From the IMG/VR virus record IMGVR_UViG_3300014202_000478, positions 1-27,463 of that record: a DNA stretch of 27,463 nucleotides; one strand, 5' to 3'. A program made the position numbers and the translations under genes. Below, in pieces: positions 26,254 to 27,463 of this stretch. The number at the start of each line of letters is the position of its first letter. Within the stretch, counting starts at the first letter, position 1. This stretch comes from a virus. The notes under the pieces are model-generated. The model saw only the letters and a program-made list of their open reading frames with translations, was not told the origin of the DNA and did no database searches.

Positions 26254-26474
26254 GCGGTTGCTGCTTCACAATGTAACTTCAGTTTTTCTTGTAATTCTTC
26301 ATTGGTTTTGACACCGAATAAGAAGTTGATTGGGACATACACTGAATATCCCCCTTCTTTGTACCAAAGCCAAGTGCCATGCTTCCTAAAGATGGCTTCT
26401 TTGTCATTTAGATAATTGTTTGCTTTTTTCTCTCCTCGCGTTATTAAAGTATTCATGATTCGACTTTCCTCCAT
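26250..26474 (-). CDS. Hypothetical protein
   Basis: ATGA-coupled to the downstream gene; start uncertain. Confidence 0.6.
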   Translation of the reverse strand: MEESRIMNTLITRGEKKANNYLNDKEAIFRKHGTWLWYKEGGYSVYVPINFLFGVKTNEELQEKLKLHCEAATA

Positions 26475-26679
26475 TTTTTATATTGTCTGGTATGTAAACA
26501 CCACTCTTCGAATGCATTGCTTTTGATCCCATCATTTTACAAATTTGTTCCCCTAATACAAAACAGGCGAACCACTCTTGACATTCGGATTCATTTTCCA
26601 AGTCGATATCGTTTATCAGTGCCCATGTAGTGAAAGTCCTCCATAACGGATGATCTGCCAGCAAATTCCTATGTGGCAT
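26404..26679 (-). CDS. Hypothetical protein
   Basis: TAATG-coupled. Confidence 0.55.
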   Translation of the reverse strand: MPHRNLLADHPLWRTFTTWALINDIDLENESECQEWFACFVLGEQICKMMGSKAMHSKSGVYIPDNIKNGGKSNHEYFNNARREKSKQLSK

Positions 26680-26915
26680 TAATAGTCCCCTATAATAGTG
26701 TCGGTCGCACTGTCATATAGGCTGACTCTACGGATAATCTTCCTACTAGGAATCTTATCCACTTTCACACCAGCCAATGCCTGTAAATCACTTCGCTCAT
26801 CAACAAACACCACAAGCATCTTATCAAATGTCTGTGCGTCATGTGGAGCGTCAACTACCTCTAAAACACAATCTGCTTGTGCCCAAAACTTCTTCAATTG
26901 GTCTATTTTGCTCAT
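26679..26915 (-). CDS. Hypothetical protein
   Basis: ATG 5 nt after a TATAAT (leaderless). Confidence 0.65.
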   Translation of the reverse strand: MSKIDQLKKFWAQADCVLEVVDAPHDAQTFDKMLVVFVDERSDLQALAGVKVDKIPSRKIIRRVSLYDSATDTIIGDY

Positions 26916-26927
26916 ATACTATTATAG

Positions 26928-27050
26928 TGGCCAAGGCTGGAATTGAACCAACTCCTACGGAACAGAGGTAAGGTGCTTACTATGATGTGGGCATTTTCAG
27001 CCTCACGACACCTTACTTTTTCCGCCGCTCTGCCGTTGAGCTACTTAGCC
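26928..27050 (-). ncRNA. tRNA-Phe-like RNA with a 52-nt-extended anticodon arm
   Basis: GGCTAAG/CTTGGCC-A acceptor, TA-GCTC-AACGGCA-GAGC D arm, GCGGA/TCCGT anticodon stem enclosing 59 nt, GTTGG-TTCAATT-CCAGC T arm. Confidence 0.8.
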
Positions 27051-27208
27051 AGCTTTGCTTTAGCTTTCTCTAATTCTTGCTCAAGTTCTCGCAAGTCTTC
27101 TGGAACGTCTTCTTCATCGTGGCAGGACCGCTCACTATCGGATTCATACCAGCCAATAACATCCTCAGCCGCCTTTAGTGCTGCTTCCAGAAGTTTGATT
27201 TTGCTCAT
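27041..27208 (-). CDS. Small coiled-coil protein (55 aa)
   Basis: Manual translation: MSKIKLLEAALKAAEDVIGWY...ELEKAKAKLAK; its TAG lies within the first 10 nt of the tRNA-like RNA. Confidence 0.6.
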   Translation of the reverse strand: MSKIKLLEAALKAAEDVIGWYESDSERSCHDEEDVPEDLRELEQELEKAKAKLAK

Positions 27209-27395
27209 TGTCCAATTCCTGATAGTGTCGCTCCACCATAACCATAAACGGCATGGCTAGTGAGTAGCCTACCGTAATGGCGATGAATATTGGCCAGCTT
27301 GGAACAGGCCAACAGATAACCAGAGTGAATAAAATCCAAGCGTACCAAATCCAGTGAGTCCAGATACGCTTGATCGTTTTGAAATAGTTGTGCAT
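27165..27395 (-). CDS. Small membrane protein
   Basis: Trp-rich hydrophobic segments. Confidence 0.55.
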   Translation of the reverse strand: MHNYFKTIKRIWTHWIWYAWILFTLVICWPVPSWPIFIAITVGYSLAMPFMVMVERHYQELDNEQNQTSGSSTKGG

Positions 27396-27396
27396 A

Positions 27397-27422
27397 GAAA
27401 AGGGGGCGGGTTTCCCCGCCCC
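27397..27422 (-). terminator. Intrinsic terminator
   Basis: GGGGCGGG-GAAA-CCCGCCCC followed by CTTTTC on the minus strand. Confidence 0.7.
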
Positions 27423-27463
27423 ACCATTTTACTCTTTATCCCGCAGGTCTTTCAAGCTTTCTT

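Noticed and set aside
26962-27020. Group I intron or canonical BHB intron in the tRNA-like gene
   Set aside because: Only 52 extra nt; removing a single block does not give a canonical loop with U33; no clear bulge-helix-bulge.
21-27260. Short antisense or alternate-frame ORFs in the track (e.g. 21..215, 791..1102, 9013..9429, 9742..10077, 14644..15048, 17749..18087, 22523..22738, 26943..27260)
   Set aside because: They are shadows of well-supported genes or RNAs on the other strand/frame, with no motifs or RBS.
1-27463. Genome-wide stop-codon reassignment (suggested by the phage RF and one in-frame TGA)
   Set aside because: Long genes are intact in code 11. TGA ends many genes in ATGA overlaps (343, 1262, 3163, 13618, 19620) and TAG ends others (9787, 18249, 21572). 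No suppressor tRNA is seen.
1-27463. CRISPR array, IS/transposase, integrase, rRNA
   Set aside because: No regularly spaced repeats or matching motifs seen.
1-27463. Specific host assignment (some genes suggest Planctomycetota by impression)
   Set aside because: Cannot be supported without database searches.

Overview
The window looks like part of a large T4-like/'huge' bacteriophage genome in the standard genetic code. It is densely packed and mostly on the minus strand. It carries replication and transcription genes (UvsW-like SF2 helicase, two tandem family-A-polymerase-fold proteins, DEDDh exonuclease, two sigma-like proteins) and a MoxR AAA+ ATPase fragment. Auxiliary and modifying enzymes include PyrB, PurN, ferredoxin-thioredoxin reductase, sirtuin, NMNAT-like, NUDIX, SET-domain, 2H phosphoesterase, M14 peptidase, GT2, acetyl-, methyl- and sulfotransferase-like proteins; a canonical tRNA-Leu(TAA) is also present. 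The most striking signals concern translation. (1) An RF1-type (PxT/GGQ) release factor has no in-frame start for its conserved N-terminal part. It can be reached from a strong-RBS ATG only via CTT-TAG-C and then CTT-TGA-C, i.e. two tandem prfB-style +1 shift sites (or a 47-nt hop). (2) A tRNA-Phe-like RNA has its CTGAAAA anticodon loop at the tip of a 52-nt-extended arm. (3) An unannotated gene has an in-frame TGA followed by a SECIS-like hairpin. A recurring TAWATA-N4-8-ATG late-promoter-like motif precedes a set of proteins with T4 capsid-targeting-like N-termini. All family calls are from motif recognition by eye; no searches were run.
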